Position numbers and translations under genes: made by a program
Assembly (NCBI GenBank): GCA_964016885.1
Contig: OZ024751.1
Span: 53,258,001-53,322,000, forward strand
DNA: 64,000 nt
Reading direction: 5' to 3'
DNA from: Eledone cirrhosa
Lineage: Eukaryota
The notes under the pieces: generated by a model
What the model was told of the DNA's origin: nothing
The model's database searches: none
The model's input: only the letters and a program-made list of their open reading frames with translations
Shown: positions 12,641 through 29,397 of the stretch, piece after piece
Numbering within the stretch: the first letter of the stretch is position 1
Layout of the letters: each line of letters opens with the position of its first letter

Positions 12641-13329
12641 CTTTCATCTCACCCCACCCTCATCCCTAATCCTCAATAATGCCATCAGATCAAGAAACCA
12701 GTTTGACCAAACGAAACTAGTCGAGTTGTACTCCGGTTAGTTCTTCAGTTAGAGCCACGTTAACTCTTGGTCTTATTTCCTCAGCAAGGGTAAAATCTTA
12801 ATACTTTTTCTTGGAGATGACTCCCAGACGTTTGATAATTTATGATGTAATAACGTTAAATGGTGTATGAAGGTGGGCATTTACTGATTAAAGGATACAA
12901 TACTGGGTGTAGCATTCAATTTTATTATGCTGGGACTTCAAGTTTCACTTGTCTGGAGATGTGTTTTATCAAACCTCAAGACACAAAATTTGATGTCACA
13001 GGAAACCTGCATTTTACACAAACATACACACTGACACATACACAAACAGAGAGGGGGGGGGGGAGAAAGAAGAAGAAGAAGAAGAAGAGGAGATGTTTAG
13101 GAGAGAGAAGTAAATAAAGGGTAGATAGGGGAAATATATATATATATATACACACACACTCATATATATACGCATACACATATATGTATATATGTGTGTG
13201 TGTGTTTGTGTCTCTGCATGTGTGTGCATGGTGTGGTGTGTGTGACTACGCAGTTATATATCTGTATATGCCTGGATGAATATTTATATTCGTATTTCAT
13301 TTTATTTGGCAAAATAAACAAGGTAAATA

Positions 13330-13524
13330 CAGACTTGCCAACCTCTAAAAACCCAAACGGGGAGTACCGTGAAAAAAAGTTTCCCAAATTTGGGAGAAAT
13401 GAGGCAAAATGGGGAACTTTTATATAATGAAAGCCATACCCATTTTTACAAGAGAAGACATATCTCAACCACCCCAAAGTAGGTGGGAGATCTTCCCATC
13501 GGACGGGGAGAGTTGACAGGTCTG
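13330..13524. mobile_element. MITE with CAGACYTGCCAAC termini (hAT-Blackjack-like)
   Basis: TIRs CAGACTTGCCAAC / GTTGACAGGTCTG; second copy at 23902-24065. Confidence 0.7.
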
Positions 13525-13534
13525 GTGATATTTG

Positions 13535-13800
13535 TTAACCAATTTCACTGAACACCTCCGGGATATTCGTCTCGGCGGGAGTTCCTCCATCACCCGCCAC
13601 TTTGGCTCTCCTGGACCACCACCTCACAGTCTGTGGCCTATTTCAATGCCATGGAACACTCGCCACCCGCCTCACGGTCGAACAACACACCATCTTCACC
13701 CTACAGCCCCCCCCCCCCCCGACCTGAACTCCCCACCCCTATCCCTTTAGCCTTCGACCGCCCACCTTTCCCCCCACATCCCCCACTAACACCACTAACA
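13535..13800 (+). pseudogene. Degenerate Penelope-like GIY-YIG C-terminal fragment
   Basis: FTEHLRDIRLG...ITRHFGSPG resembles RFAEHLRDIRLG...VAQHFCSPG of ORF 19051..19278. Confidence 0.7.
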
Positions 13801-14504
13801 CACTCCTTCATTTCACCGCCCCACCCCCTTGGCCCACCCCACAACTAATAATACGCACACCCAATCACCACTAACCCCCACTTACACACCCGCATTCAAT
13901 CCTTTCCCCACCACCAGTAACACTAACACCCTCTACCACACACACACTCATCCAAACACGCACACACACACACATACACAAACACCACCTTCAGCCCTCC
14001 ACGCTCGGACCCCCCGCCTCCCTCTCCCAACTCCACCCGCCACCCCCCCCCCTCTCAAAAGCGTGAATCTGATATACTCATATTTGTACTGCCCCTCTGT
14101 TTTTGTTCCCGTCTATATATAGAGAGAGAGAGAGAAAGAGGGAAAGAGAGAGATAGACAGATCAAATACCTCTACGTTTGCAATCTCTTACATCACAGTC
14201 TAAACATTTTTGGTTCATTTATTTTTTTTATGGTTGGTTAAATATGTCCTTTGAAGTAAATTAGCAACTTTAGTGAAATGAAATAAGTTATCACCATGAA
14301 CTGAAAACATTGTTTACCGCTGTTTACCTATCCTTGTCTTTTTTTCTTACTAATTAGTTCCTAAGTCTCTCTATATATCTATTCAAAGATATGACATGAA
14401 TTGGAGCATACACATATGTTCAAACGACTTAGTATTTATAAATGGTCACACATATCTTGTGTACTCTAATATTGGTACGACCTCTGATGATGGTAAAAAA
14501 CAAT

Positions 14505-14715
14505 GATTTCTACTAAAAGCACAAGACCAGCAATTTGAAGGGGAGGGGAAAGTCGATTAAATCGATCCCAAAGGTGCTTTATTTTATCGACCCCACAAGG
14601 ATGATAGGCAAAGCTAACCTCGGCAGGATTTGAACTCAGAACGTAAAGTGCCTTGACTCTATGCTGCAAAACATATTATTCAATGCTTTACCGACACTGC
14701 CAATCCACCGCCTTA
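14505..14715 (-). mobile_element. tRNA-derived SINE with Nin/Deu-like central domain
   Basis: Minus strand GAGTTCAAATCCTGCCGAGG..TTTGCCT.TCATCC..GGGGTCGATAAAATAAAGCACC (B-box-like motif plus conserved domain). Confidence 0.7.
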
Positions 14716-15559
14716 ATAATAACAATAATAATATTATTGATAATAAAAAAAAAATATTTAAGAAATAGTTGTGGGACATAAATAAAACCTTCACCATTTC
14801 ATTTACATAATTCAATGAACATCTGGTATGTTTTTTGTTTTCTTAACATACTTATGAATTGTTTTCTAAACATTAGATTAGCCATTATAGGATATATGGT
14901 CTTCACTAAAAATAGTTAAAATGATATTGTCTTGGATACCTCAAGATCTGGCCATAACTAAGATAGTGCCAACGATTTGTAACAGCACTGAAATACATCC
15001 ATCCACCGCTCTTACTTCGATACCAAGGTAGCTGTGACATTACTACAGCTTAAAATATTTACATCAAGACTAAATGTATTTATTATACATAAATATATTG
15101 TATATTACTTTATACACTCCCGTATGGGTTTATACATCTCCCACTCCCCCTCTCTCTCTTTCTCTCTCTTTATGTTATATAATTGAAAATCATATTTCAT
15201 CGTAAATTGGGAATTAAATTGTTAATTTTGTTACAATATTACAGTAAATTTAATTGTAAATCTCCTTCTCATCCCTCCTCTCTCTTCCTTTCTTTATTTC
15301 TCTCTCTTCACAATCTTGTCAAGACATTAATATTTTTATTCGCCCTCTGTGAAGCCATCTAGACCTTGGGTACCTTTAAAGATAATTTTCTCAGCAGGAG
15401 TATACCCTATATACTATTTATATACAGTCGCAATTCATTCGAGTTTCCCTGTCATTGACTCGAGATTTTAAATATAAAAATTCTATTACCATGAATAAAT
15501 ATCATCACACAGATTGAACGAAACTGGCAAAATAAAACCATGTCGGTATTATTGTTTTC

Positions 15560-15730
15560 AGAAGGCGGCGTATTGAGTTGTTGTTGGGAGGGATTAAATG
15601 CCTTGGTATTTATTCTGACTGTCTGTGTTCTGAATTCTAATTTCGCCGAGGAGGTCACCTTTGCCTTTCTTCCTTTAGAGGTCAGTAAATAAAGTACCAG
15701 TCGAGTACTCAGGACGATGTATTCCCCTAT
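15560..15730 (+). mobile_element. SINE, same family as 14505
   Basis: GAATTCTAATTTCGCCGAGGAGGTCACCTTTGCCTTTCTTCC...AAATAAAGTACCAG. Other degraded copies at ~23590-23672 (+), ~25085-25140 (+) and ~26105-26265 (-). Confidence 0.6.
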
Positions 15731-16072
15731 CTCTCAAGCATTTTCACTCGCACGTTCGCTTTCTCTGGAAAACAAAATTGGCTGTGTACGGACCTGAAGA
15801 GGGATGAATTTCATCAGTTTTGGTAAACATTTTAATATATTTTTATTGTTGAATTGATAGGCCCAATACTGTCTGCCTGTCCAAGAACGCGGTGGTGTTT
15901 GTGAAATCACATACAAAGGGAAGAGCGGCGTTGTCTGATGCAAATTCCGCGTAATTAATTAAACTAGTTATTTGAAAGTAGCACATTATGTAACATGACT
16001 AGACATAAAATTGAACTGATTGCTTAAACTCTACATAAAAAAGAAACGGAGCCCAAACCTTATATATATACA

Positions 16073-16128
<56 letters not shown>

Positions 16129-16291
16129 TATAATTAGGTTAAATCTATACATATATTGATTTAGTTATTCAACACGGAAAGCTCAATGAACATTATATAT
16201 AGATATATGTTTACATATTTAACGTGTGTATATATATATATAATATATATATATATATATGTATACGCACACACATACATATATATATATG

Positions 16292-16332
<41 letters not shown>

Positions 16333-17059
16333 GTATACGCACACACACACACACACACACACACACGTATATATATATTTGTTTGATGTTGATGGACGTG
16401 AGAATAACCATGAATATATTTGATGATCCTCTGATTACACAGCTGAAACTTCAGTGTAACAAGGCTCATCACCCATAATAAATAATATTACACACACACA
16501 CATATATATATATACATGTTAAATATATAAACAGAGTTAACGTCAATTTCTGTTTTCTCCCTTTTGTTAATCTATTTGAACAAACTTTTACGATATGTTC
16601 ATACGTTATATACCTTGTTTGTTTAATGAGTGTGCATATATTTGTCACACAAATACATGAATATAGGTGTGTGCGTATGTATAAGGGTGTATGTGTATCT
16701 AAGAGTGCATGTATCTATCACACATATACATGCATATAGGTGGCTGCAATGTGTATGTTTTGTGTGTGTTTCAAACCGTGAGAATCAAATTTTATTGAAA
16801 TTCAGATATTCTCTGCTTGACAAGCAATAATCGTCTGAAACACACACACTCACACAGGCGTCCAAAAACATACACACACGCACACGCATATGCACACACA
16901 CACACACGCGCGCATGAGACGACGCCCTACCACACCGCTAGGAATTATGTATCCTTAACATATTTATAGTTATAAATAAAGCAACATTCTTGTGTTTGCC
17001 TGACCAGGGAGATTCTAGAAAAGTACGACTACGTAATTGCATGTAACATAAGAATCATT

Positions 17060-17433
17060 TATTCAATAGGGTAAAAGGTAATGGGTAAAGACCCCTTTCG
17101 GGCACAAATGACTATGGGATTTGCACCTAGAAAGTTCTCCTCCGTCCTCCGAGGTAGAAGTCCAGGCAAAGTTGTTTGTGGAAGAGAAGCAGTCGCCCAT
17201 GCATACCGGTCTCCTCTCTCTCTACACCACCACCAATGGTGTCTAAAGGAAAGCAATGGGCGATACAGCTTGGCACCACTGACGTCGCAACTCATTTCTC
17301 CAGTTGAATAAACTGGAGCAACGTGAAAATAAAGTGTCTTGCTCAAGGTCACAACGCATCACTCGGGCTGAGAATCGAACTCACAACCTCATGATTGCAA
17401 GCCCAGCGCTCTAACCACTAAGCCATACTCTTT
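17060..17433 (-). mobile_element. tRNA-derived SINE with CORE-like segment
   Basis: Minus strand A-box TGGCTTAGTGG, B-box GTTCGATTC, then TGTGACCTTGAGCAAGACACTT. Confidence 0.8.
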
Positions 17434-17859
17434 CACATATCAAATAGAATACATACTTAATCTATATCCACACTGAACTGAGTTTATCAAAGCCCCATTG
17501 CATGGCCTTGACTGTTGAGCTCTAGTCGGGGCTGGTACTCACATAAAGACTAATTGGTCTAATTGTAGTGTCTGTTCTGATAGAGCTGGCCACACATTAA
17601 TCCATCATTCTAATCTCAAAGATTTGAATAACCACCTTTACTGTCCCGACATTCAATAGTCTAAAGTTTAATCTAAAGTTTCAGTTACACAGCCTCAACA
17701 CTTTAACTAAAGCCTCCTTCTTAGAAACATTCCTTTGTAAAACATGAATTGGACAATATCATAAATACATAACATGTGGAGACTTGATTCTTTTTTTATA
17801 TTGGAAGAAACACTCCACTAACATTCCTCTATCAGATTAAATCATTGTACACACACACA

Positions 17860-17972
<113 letters not shown>

Positions 17973-17977
17973 GTGTA

Positions 17978-19422
17978 CCAGCACTTTTTAGCTTTGCGCC
18001 CTACCCCTTACCCCAGCACTACCACTCTTCTCCGTCTGGCGGAGCTTGTTCTCACCCTTAATGGATTTTCTTTTTCGGGTGAATTTTACTAGCAGGTCTC
18101 TGGGGTAGCGATGGGAACCAGAATGGGTCCAAACTATGCCAACTTGTTTGTTGGCTACGTCGAAGCCCAGATCTTCTCCCAGTATGCTGGACCGACTCCT
18201 GAGCTATACGGTCGTTATATTGACGACTGTATCGGCGCCACTTCTCTATCACGAGAACAGCTCGACTGTTTTCTTTCTTTTGTCCAATCTTTCCATCCTG
18301 CTCTAAATTTCACCGCTTCTGTCTCCGATTCTTCTGTCCCTTTTCTAGATATCTCTCGATCTATTAATCACTCTCACCACACCCTCTCTACTTCCATCTA
18401 CGTCAAACCAACAGACACCCAATCTTATCTCGACTTCACCTCCTCCCATCCAACCCATACCAAACACTCCATAGCCTATTCACAATTCGTCCGTCTTCGT
18501 CGACTCTGTAGCCAGGACGAGGATTTCGAAACCCATTCCCTTCGCATGGCTTCCTGCTTCATCCAGCGTGGATATCCCTCCACCTTGATCCAGGCTGCTC
18601 TCACCCGCGCCCAGGAAACAGACCGCACCACAGCCCTCTCACCTCACCCCGCCCTTCCAACACTCGTGCTCTATTCCCTCTCACCTACCACCCCATCACT
18701 CTATCACTCCGGCGACATATCCTCCGTTCCTTCGTATCCTCTCTTCTGACCCCGTCACTTCTCGCTTTTTTCCAAACCCACCCATTACTGCTTTTAAGCG
18801 CGCCCGAAACCTCCGCGACCTCCTGGTTCGCAGTTTTTTTTCGTCCTCTCCCACGACTCCACCCGGCTCTCATCCTTGTTCCTGTTCCCGCTGCAACACT
18901 TGTCTCTTTATTTCAATCCTCACCACTCTTACAGGCCCTAACGGGTCTTTCGGTATCCGCCATTCCTTCACCTGCACGTCCACCCACGTTGTCTATGCCC
19001 TCCGGTGTACCCTTTGCGGGTCTTTATATATCGGACAAACGGGACGCCGTATGGCGGTCCGTTTTGCCGAACATTTGAGGGACATACGACTCGGTTTGGA
19101 TACTCCTGTCGCCCAGCATTTCTGTTCTCCTGGTCATTCTTCCCTACATGTTTCAGTCCTGGGTGTCCTTTTACATCATGGATCACAGGCCTCGCACACC
19201 AGGACTGAACAAAGTCTGATTCACCGTCTTGGGTCCTATTCCCTTCTTGGACACAACTCTACTCCCCAATTTCTCTAATACCCGTCCATTATCACACCCC
19301 TAGATTCCTATCGCTTTTTCTTTGCTCATAGCTTCGTACTAACATGCACACACACTCTTTTACTCACATATACACACACATTTCTTCTTAGCTTCGTACG
19401 GACCTATAATAACACACACACA

Positions 19423-19505
<83 letters not shown>

Positions 19506-19842
19506 TCATGCTTACGCACGTGCTCAAGTATAGCTCTTTTTACAAAACGTTTTTTCCCTTTTCATCCACTTTTCTAAAAAAAACAAATCATACACAAAAC
19601 GCCAGCACCAACAGTTTTGCAAGAGATGTCAACATGAATGGACCTATTATTTTTATCTAAAGACAGATTTTCCAATTCCATCCCGCCACCTTAATCTATT
19701 TTATTTCTCATTCTTTCTTCTGATGAAGGACTAACGTCCGAAACGTTAAGACTATCTTCCTGCTATATCAAGCGTTAACCTAATATATACCTTCCATATA
19801 CTGTACTGATTGTGTTGTTATTTCTGTTTTACATACATATTT

Positions 19843-19845
<3 letters not shown>
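17978..19845 (+). mobile_element. 5'-truncated, degenerate Penelope-like element (family B, Neptune-like): RT + Cys linker + GIY-YIG + hammerhead pLTR
   Basis: LLRLAELVLTLNGFSF..Y*QVSGVAMGTRMGPNYANLF, RYIDD, FLDI, YVKPTD, then PCSCSRCNTC and VVYALRCTLCGSLYIGQT..RFAEH. Has a stop and frameshift; hammerhead at 19715. Confidence 0.9.
19715..19752 (+). ncRNA. Minimal hammerhead ribozyme of Penelope family B
   Basis: tctt CTGATGA a ggac taac gtcc GAAAC GTT aaga; palindromic AACGTT stem III. Confidence 0.85.
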
Positions 19846-19893
<48 letters not shown>

Positions 19894-19920
19894 ATGTATT
19901 TATATATATATATGTATGTG

Positions 19921-19959
<39 letters not shown>

Positions 19960-19962
19960 ATG

Positions 19963-19999
<37 letters not shown>

Positions 20000-20079
20000 A
20001 TATATATAACGGCGATGAATTAGGTTTGCGAGGTTTTTTTATATGAAATCGTGTGTCGAAACAAATATTGTTATATATA

Positions 20080-20103
20080 CATATATATATATATATATAT
20101 TGT

Positions 20104-20185
<82 letters not shown>

Positions 20186-20203
20186 TATATACATATATAT
20201 ATG

Positions 20204-20281
<78 letters not shown>

Positions 20282-20326
20282 CATATATATACATATATAT
20301 ATATAAATATATACATACATATATAT

Positions 20327-20414
<88 letters not shown>

Positions 20415-20505
20415 ATGTATGTATGTATGTATATATATATGTATGTGTGTATGTATGTATATATATATATGTATGTATATATATATGTATGTATATATAT
20501 ATATA
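20080..20505. repeat. (TA)n/(TATG)n microsatellite
   Basis: Directly visible; source of the IY-repeat ORFs. Confidence 0.95.
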
Positions 20506-20506
20506 T

Positions 20507-21809
20507 GACGGCGATGAATTAGTTTTGCGAGGTTTTTGATATGAAATCGTGTGTCGAAACAAATATTGTTTATACTTGGGGAGGGTCATATTTGTGTAAT
20601 ATTGCCAGAATTAATAACAGAACACACGCACTGTTTGGTTGGTTTTCGCTTTTCGCTTCTGTGTCTTTTATATCGGTAATCTAATTTATTAGGTCCTCAA
20701 TGTTGCCATTGACTGACCAACGGTCAAAATACAGATACAATATAGACACAAACACATATATATAGTTTATCATAAATCTTTCGTTGCACATCTGCAACAT
20801 CGTCATAAAATCCCTGATCAGCAAAACCTACCCTTTTAAGAAAACCCACTGTACTAATAGGAAATGTATCATATGTAAGGTAAACCCCCGGATAAACTGT
20901 AAAACTAGAAATGTAGTCTATAGCATAAGATGTACAGAGGGTACTTGCAGAAACATGACAACAACATACATAGGCGAGACAGCTCGTAGTATAGGTGAAA
21001 GGATAGACCAACACTGGGGGGAACTAAAAGGACGAAAAAACGGGTCAGTACTATACGAACATGCCAGACAACAACACGACGGTAACATAGACAACATAGA
21101 AATTAGAATAATATCTAAACATAGAAATGACCCAGCAGATAGGCAAATCAGAGAGGCCAGTGAAATAGAATTTAGAAGGCCAAGGCTAAACAGAAAGAAT
21201 GAATGGAATAACAACAACACCCAAACAAACAACACTGACCTAAGAGAAGTATAAATAAATAAATAAATAGATAAATAAATAAATAAATACATACACAAGC
21301 ACAATAACAACAAACACATATAAACACACACTAGTAAAGATAGAATACATTAACCAATACACAGTCACCCAATCACGAACACACATCAAACAAAACACTA
21401 TACACACACGCAAACGCATGCGCAAAGAAGACAAAATAAAATTTTAAAAAAAATTAAACAAAAAGAAAACAACAAATAAATAAATATATATAAACAGACT
21501 AAATAAAGATGGCGTAGAAAATACAATGTAACGTGAGGAAACAATAGCACCACTGACGATGTTGCAGATGTGCAACGAAAGATTTATGATAAACTATCTA
21601 TATGTGTTTGTCTATATTTTATCTGTATTTTGACCGTTGGTCAGTCAATGGCAACATTGAGGACCTAATAAATTAGATTACCGATATAAAAGACACAGAA
21701 GCGAAAAGCGAAAACCAACCAAACAGTGCGTGTGTTCTGTTATTAATTCTGGCAATATTACACAAATATAACCCTCCCCAAGTATAAACAATATTTGTTT
21801 CGACACACG

Positions 21810-21816
<7 letters not shown>
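20507..21816 (+). mobile_element. Penelope-like family A: inverted pLTR (20507-20805) + forward GIY-YIG fragment and pLTR
   Basis: ORF 20784..21254 has CTNRKCIIC, VVYSIRC, YIGETARSIGERI..H; 20540-20804 is the reverse complement of ~21555-21818. Confidence 0.88.
21549..21590 (+). ncRNA. Hammerhead ribozyme of Penelope family A
   Basis: acca CTGACGA t gttgca gatg tgcaac GAAA gatt TA tgat; strong stem II, weak stem I. Confidence 0.75.
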
Positions 21817-21849
<33 letters not shown>

Positions 21850-21852
<3 letters not shown>

Positions 21853-22012
21853 TTAATATAGAAGAGCTTCTACAGGACTAGAACTGTTTCATTCGTGAGA
21901 AATCATCAGTTCTAGTCCTGTAGAAGCTCTTCTATATTAAAACGTTTATACTCTGCTATGTATTGAGTACCTTACTTACTGTGGTTACCTCCGATTCAAC
22001 CTGGAATAACAC
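21850..22012. mobile_element. Fold-back stub with hammerhead core on the minus strand (~21876-21915)
   Basis: Arms 21851-21886 and 21908-21943 are inverted; minus strand reads CTGATGA tttc tcac gaat GAAAC agttc tagtcc. Confidence 0.65.
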
Positions 22013-22134
22013 ATATATATATATGTGTGTGTATGTATATATATATATATATATACTATCTGGGAGCTTCCAACAGTAATGGTTGCATTCTTTAAGGGTA
22101 TGTCAATATTTATTTATAAAACTGATCTATATAA

Positions 22135-22199
22135 TATTTTATCCGATGAAAGCACGCCATAATTTAACTTGGTGTCCTTGAAATATGTATAATGAAATA
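22135..22199 (+). ncRNA. Degenerate hammerhead (CCGATGA core), family of 5101
   Basis: tattttat CCGATGA aagcacgcc...ggtgtcctt GAAA tatgta TA atgaaata. Confidence 0.6.
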
Positions 22200-22238
22200 A
22201 ATATGGTTTTATAAATATAGTTTCCATTTGTTAATATC

Positions 22239-22296
<58 letters not shown>

Positions 22297-22333
22297 ATGT
22301 ATATATATGTACATACATATATATATGTGTATG

Positions 22334-22364
<31 letters not shown>

Positions 22365-23901
22365 GTGTATGTGTGTGTGGTGTATACATAGATGTATACA
22401 TATATATATCTGGTAGATACATATATGGTGTACACATATATATCTAGTTGATAGATATTTATATAAGAGAGAGGCAAGGCTGAGTGGTTAAGAAGAATGA
22501 CATCTCGGACTTGTGTCTTCTACCCTCTTTCTTTCTCAATCTATCTATCTCTCTTTCTCTCTCACTCTTCTCTCTAGGTCATTACAGCCATGTCCTCCAA
22601 ACCTTCGACATTTTAAAAATAGACAATTATTTATTTCAATTATTTATTTAAAGTGTATCGGTCATTGTCAGCGTTTATGTCCGTTATAGTAGCTGTTTTT
22701 TTAAAGAAATCCTCGTTAAACCATAGAGAGAAATCTGCAGTTATATAAAATATACACACAAATACACACATTCACAAACACACACAGATACACACATCCA
22801 CAGACACACAGATACACACATTCACAAACACACACAGATACACACATCCACAAACACACACAGATACACAAACACTCATACACAGATACACAAACACACA
22901 CACAGACACATATACACACGAGAAGAATTACATAAAGATTGTCGAGGTTTGGTTCTTGAAATAATTTTAAAAAGGAAAAGTAAGTACTGTATAAATTAAA
23001 TAAAAAATTAAGACTATATTAATCTACTTATAAAATATATTAAGCAAATGTGGTTTATCAATTTCTACATTGAAAATAAAAACATATTTTTGTAGACGTA
23101 TGCCACCCACACAGTCATTTTTGTTTGTGTGCGTGTGTGTATGTGTCCCTGTGTGTCTGTGTAGGTCTGAGTGCTTGTGTAAGTGTGTTAGCGTGTGCAT
23201 GCATAATTGAGTATGTGTGAGTGTGTGCGAGGATATGTCTGTATGTGTGTGTATGTGTGTTCGAGAAATATTATCTAATACTATCATTATAGTCAATATG
23301 TTGTTTTACAACGAGAGAGAATATCCTAATTGTATTAAACAGAATTAGAGAATTAGAGAATTTCCTTTGTTTGAGGATTTAACGATGCTGAATAGAGTTT
23401 TTGATTTAGAATTTCTAGGAAACAAGTGATAATTTCTATTCAACTAGCCATTAATTAAATTAATTGGCTAACAATTTATTTAGCTTCTCTTGGATTTATC
23501 TATAGAGTTACAAAAATAAATCTATTAAGTCTTGACATTTCGTTTAAATCAATATGGCGTCGAATATAATAGTTTGCGTTATTCAACCCACCCTTCTGCG
23601 CTCCGTGTTCAAGTCCTGCCGAAGCCAGCTTTGCCTTTCATTCTTTCTGGATCAGTAAAGGAAATACCAGTCTCCCTCCTCTCTCTCTCTCTTGTTCTCC
23701 CACTCTCTTCCTCTCCCTAACTCTGTATCAATATGAAGAGACCAAGAGAGGAGTGTTCATATCACAGCCCCAACAATCCAATTACCATCACATTCATCAA
23801 CAAAAAGAAATTAAATAGCGTACCATGGACTGTAAATTGGTGGAATTGGTGGAATTGATAACGTGGGGGACAAGTAAGAAGAAGCAAACTTTACCTCAAT
23901 T

Positions 23902-24065
23902 CAGACCTGCCAACCTTTAAAGGCCCAAACGGGGAGAAGTGAAGCAAAAATGGGGAGATTTTACATAATGAAAGCTATACCCATTTTCACAAGAGAAGAC
24001 ATCTCTCACCCACTCCAAAGTGGGCGGGAGACCGCCTCGTCGGACGGGGAGAGTAGACAAGTCTG
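23902..24065. mobile_element. MITE, same family as 13330
   Basis: CAGACCTGCCAAC ... GTAGACAAGTCTG; flanking direct repeat TCAATT. Confidence 0.7.
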
Positions 24066-24283
24066 TCAATTCCCATCAAAATTAATTTCACATTTGATAT
24101 TTTCCCCTTCTGAAGTAGTTGTTTAACCGCGAACTTATATTTTTATTCAAGTGCTGGTTCTCCAGCATGGTCTCAGCCATTCGGATGGAACAAATAAGAG
24201 ACTAAAAGAAGAAACATGATGTATCTACGACTAGATTTATCAAATGTTTTCTATTATTTTCGTGTTTTCTTAATTAGTAGGAG

Positions 24284-24864
24284 ATGTGATTTCATGTAGA
24301 TGTGACTATTATTTCTAGTATATAATTTCATGGAGATGTGATTATTATTTCTAGTATATAATTTCATGTAAATGTGACTACTATTTCTAATATATAATTT
24401 CATAGAAATGTGACTATTATTTCTAATATATAATTTCATGGAGATGTGACTACTATTTCTAATATATAATTTCATGGAGATGTGACTATTATTTCTAATA
24501 TATAATTTCATGGAAATGTGACTATTATTTCTAGTATATAATTTCATGTAGATATGACTACTATTTCTAATATATAATTTCATAGAGATGTGACTACTAT
24601 TTCTAATATATAATTTCATGGAAATGTGACTATTATTTCTAGTATATAATTTCATGTAAATGTGACTATTATTTCTAGTATATAATTTCATTGAGATGTG
24701 ACTATTATTTCTAGTATATAATTTCATGTAAATGTGACTATTATTTCTAGTATATAATTTCATGTAAATGTGACTATTATTTCTAGTATATAATTTCATG
24801 TAGATGTGACTATTATTTCTAGTATATAATTTCATGTAAATGTGACTATTATTTCTAGTATATA
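24284..24864. repeat. 36-bp minisatellite, ~16 copies
   Basis: Unit ATGTGACTATTATTTCTAGTATATAATTTCATGTA(A/G) with few variants. Confidence 0.95.
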
Positions 24865-25448
24865 AACGTAGTTACTCTCTCATTAGATACTAATTCCGAT
24901 ATTGCCAATAAAATCAATAGCAGTCAAGTATGGATCAATTTTAATACTGAAGACGAGGTTCTTAGCCTCGCACTCCATTCCTCTGCCATTTTCAATACTG
25001 GCCAGATACTAATCCGGAATTTCAAAGTCATGGATGGGGTGGGTATTCCAGGTACTTATAGAATCATTAGAACATACGACAAACTGCATTTCATCCCACG
25101 GGGTCGATAAAATAAAGTACTAGTCAAATACTGGAGTCGGTTTTATCTCCTCCTCCCCATAAATCTAAACAATTTACAGTGTTGTAACTTTCATTCTCCA
25201 CACAAAGGGTTAAATATTTAGATATAGACGGCTGAAACGAGAGGGGTTTCTATAGAATTCCTTCTTGTATTGTTGTATGGGGTAGGCAGATTTATTTGCA
25301 TGAATCTCAATACACTGAAATTTACAATAGTAGACATTGAAATCCGTAGATAAGGAAAGCCACAAAAGTATCCTCGATGGAACAAACGTGATAAAAAGAC
25401 ATAAATTAAAGTCGTGTGGGTGATAGACGATTAAACGTTAATCCCACC

Positions 25449-25534
<86 letters not shown>

Positions 25535-25595
25535 ATTATTATTATACATATATGTCTGTAGAACCCATTTCTATATTAAACTTATATATATATAA

Positions 25596-25681
<86 letters not shown>

Positions 25682-26870
25682 TGTGTTACAATACATAGAA
25701 TTGCTTATACAACGTAGTGCTGAAAATTGTAAAAGGTCCGATACATAAATAAGGTTCCCTAACAAAGTTAAACACAGATTAAGAATAACAAAGGAAGGTG
25801 GGGGAAGGGTTTCATGGTTGAAGAGGAGTATAGTGCGGTTACCGTTGCCCTTGCGAATATCTAAATGGCAATGGTGTTCACTATAAAGTTAGCAATGGTA
25901 TGAACATGGAGAATAGTTTGCAATTACTTTATTATGTATGTATGGACAGTTAACTCGAGATGGAGTCGTAGAAGCGCTATCTTGACATACTACGTATCCT
26001 GGGAAATTTAAACACAGCAGAGTCCGTCTCCTCTTTAGCTTCAGGTCTGAACACAACCAATTTCTTCCAGAGAAGGAGAGGGAGAGAGGTGAATGAAAAA
26101 GAGATAATCGACTCCAATACTGGACTGGCACTTTTTTTTAGCAATGATGTAAGGATGAAAAGCAAAGTTGACCTTGGTTGTTTTTGAACTCAAAGAGCTG
26201 AGAACGGGAACAAATACGACAAAGCATTCTATCTAAAATTTTAACGATTCTGCCAATCCACCGTCAATAAATTTAGTAGAAACACAGACAGAAAGGGAAT
26301 GGCTAAGTATACCGTGTACTAACTAACCTGTGTAGTTTAGACACCGTTTCTTATCTTATTATTAGCATAGCGCTGAGTCCATTGTAATAAACACTCACAA
26401 CTGCGTCATAAAACACTTGACTCTCTTACAAGTCTTTAGTTTTCTGAAGTGTAAATATTCACAGCAGGATAAACAGTGGCAACACTCTAAACTTTACGAA
26501 CGTTTTCGTTAGATTGTAGTGATACATTTAGTTTTATCATGTGACTTAGAGCTTGATTGAGCTATATTATAATTGTTTCGGATTTAAGCACAAGGTTATC
26601 AATTTGGAAGGGAGGGATAAGCTGGTTTGGTCCGACGCTCTACCAATTCTGCCAATCTATCAGACAGAACTATCTGAAAACAGTGTCCAACCTTACGATT
26701 TTGTGACCACTAAGATGAAGTGAGGGATCTATTGTGTATGTGGGTGTGCGTATATATATATATATATATAACTACAAGGACGATTTGTTAAGCCTTCATT
26801 ACGTTTATTGATTGGTGACGCGCGTTTCGCTATTGATCAGCTCAAGGTTCGATCTGTATCGATCTGGCCC

Positions 26871-26966
<96 letters not shown>

Positions 26967-26987
26967 ATGTGTGTGTGTATGTATGTT

Positions 26988-28828
<1,841 letters not shown>

Positions 28829-28844
28829 ATATATATATTATTTA

Positions 28845-28926
<82 letters not shown>

Positions 28927-29054
28927 GAGTTTATATTTAATTTGTTGGGATACAACAAGCTTAAAAATATTTTTATAATTGATGTAAAGCATATAACTGA
29001 CTAAAAATGGAATTAATATGGTTTTATAAATATAGTTACCATTTGTTAATATAT

Positions 29055-29106
<52 letters not shown>

Positions 29107-29281
29107 ATATTTACTCCAATAATTTGTTGAGTACTTTATATCAGTTATAAACATATTTTAAAGCTTGTTGTATCCCAACAAATTATATTTTGCTCCTTAA
29201 CTGTTGAGAGCTTTAAAATATAACTGACTAAAAATGGAATTAATATGGTTTTATAAATATAGTTTCCATTTGTTAATATAT

Positions 29282-29345
<64 letters not shown>

Positions 29346-29397
29346 AGTGGAAGCTTAGTAAAATCGAAGCTTTGGCTGTGGCCAAATATATATATAT

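Noticed and set aside
16420-16472. Imperfect hairpin resembling a SECIS on the minus strand
   Set aside because: Mismatches next to the putative GA quartet and no associated UGA-containing ORF.
17360-17433. tRNA gene (also 42624 and 51424)
   Set aside because: The A/B boxes run directly into a shared SINE body with no clean acceptor stem, so these are SINE heads.
24945-24972. CTGAAGA followed by the hairpin CGAGG/CCTCG
   Set aside because: No downstream GAAA or stem III.
25889-26131. Possible terminal exon on the minus strand with AATAAA
   Set aside because: No homology recognised; such signals are common in AT-rich DNA.
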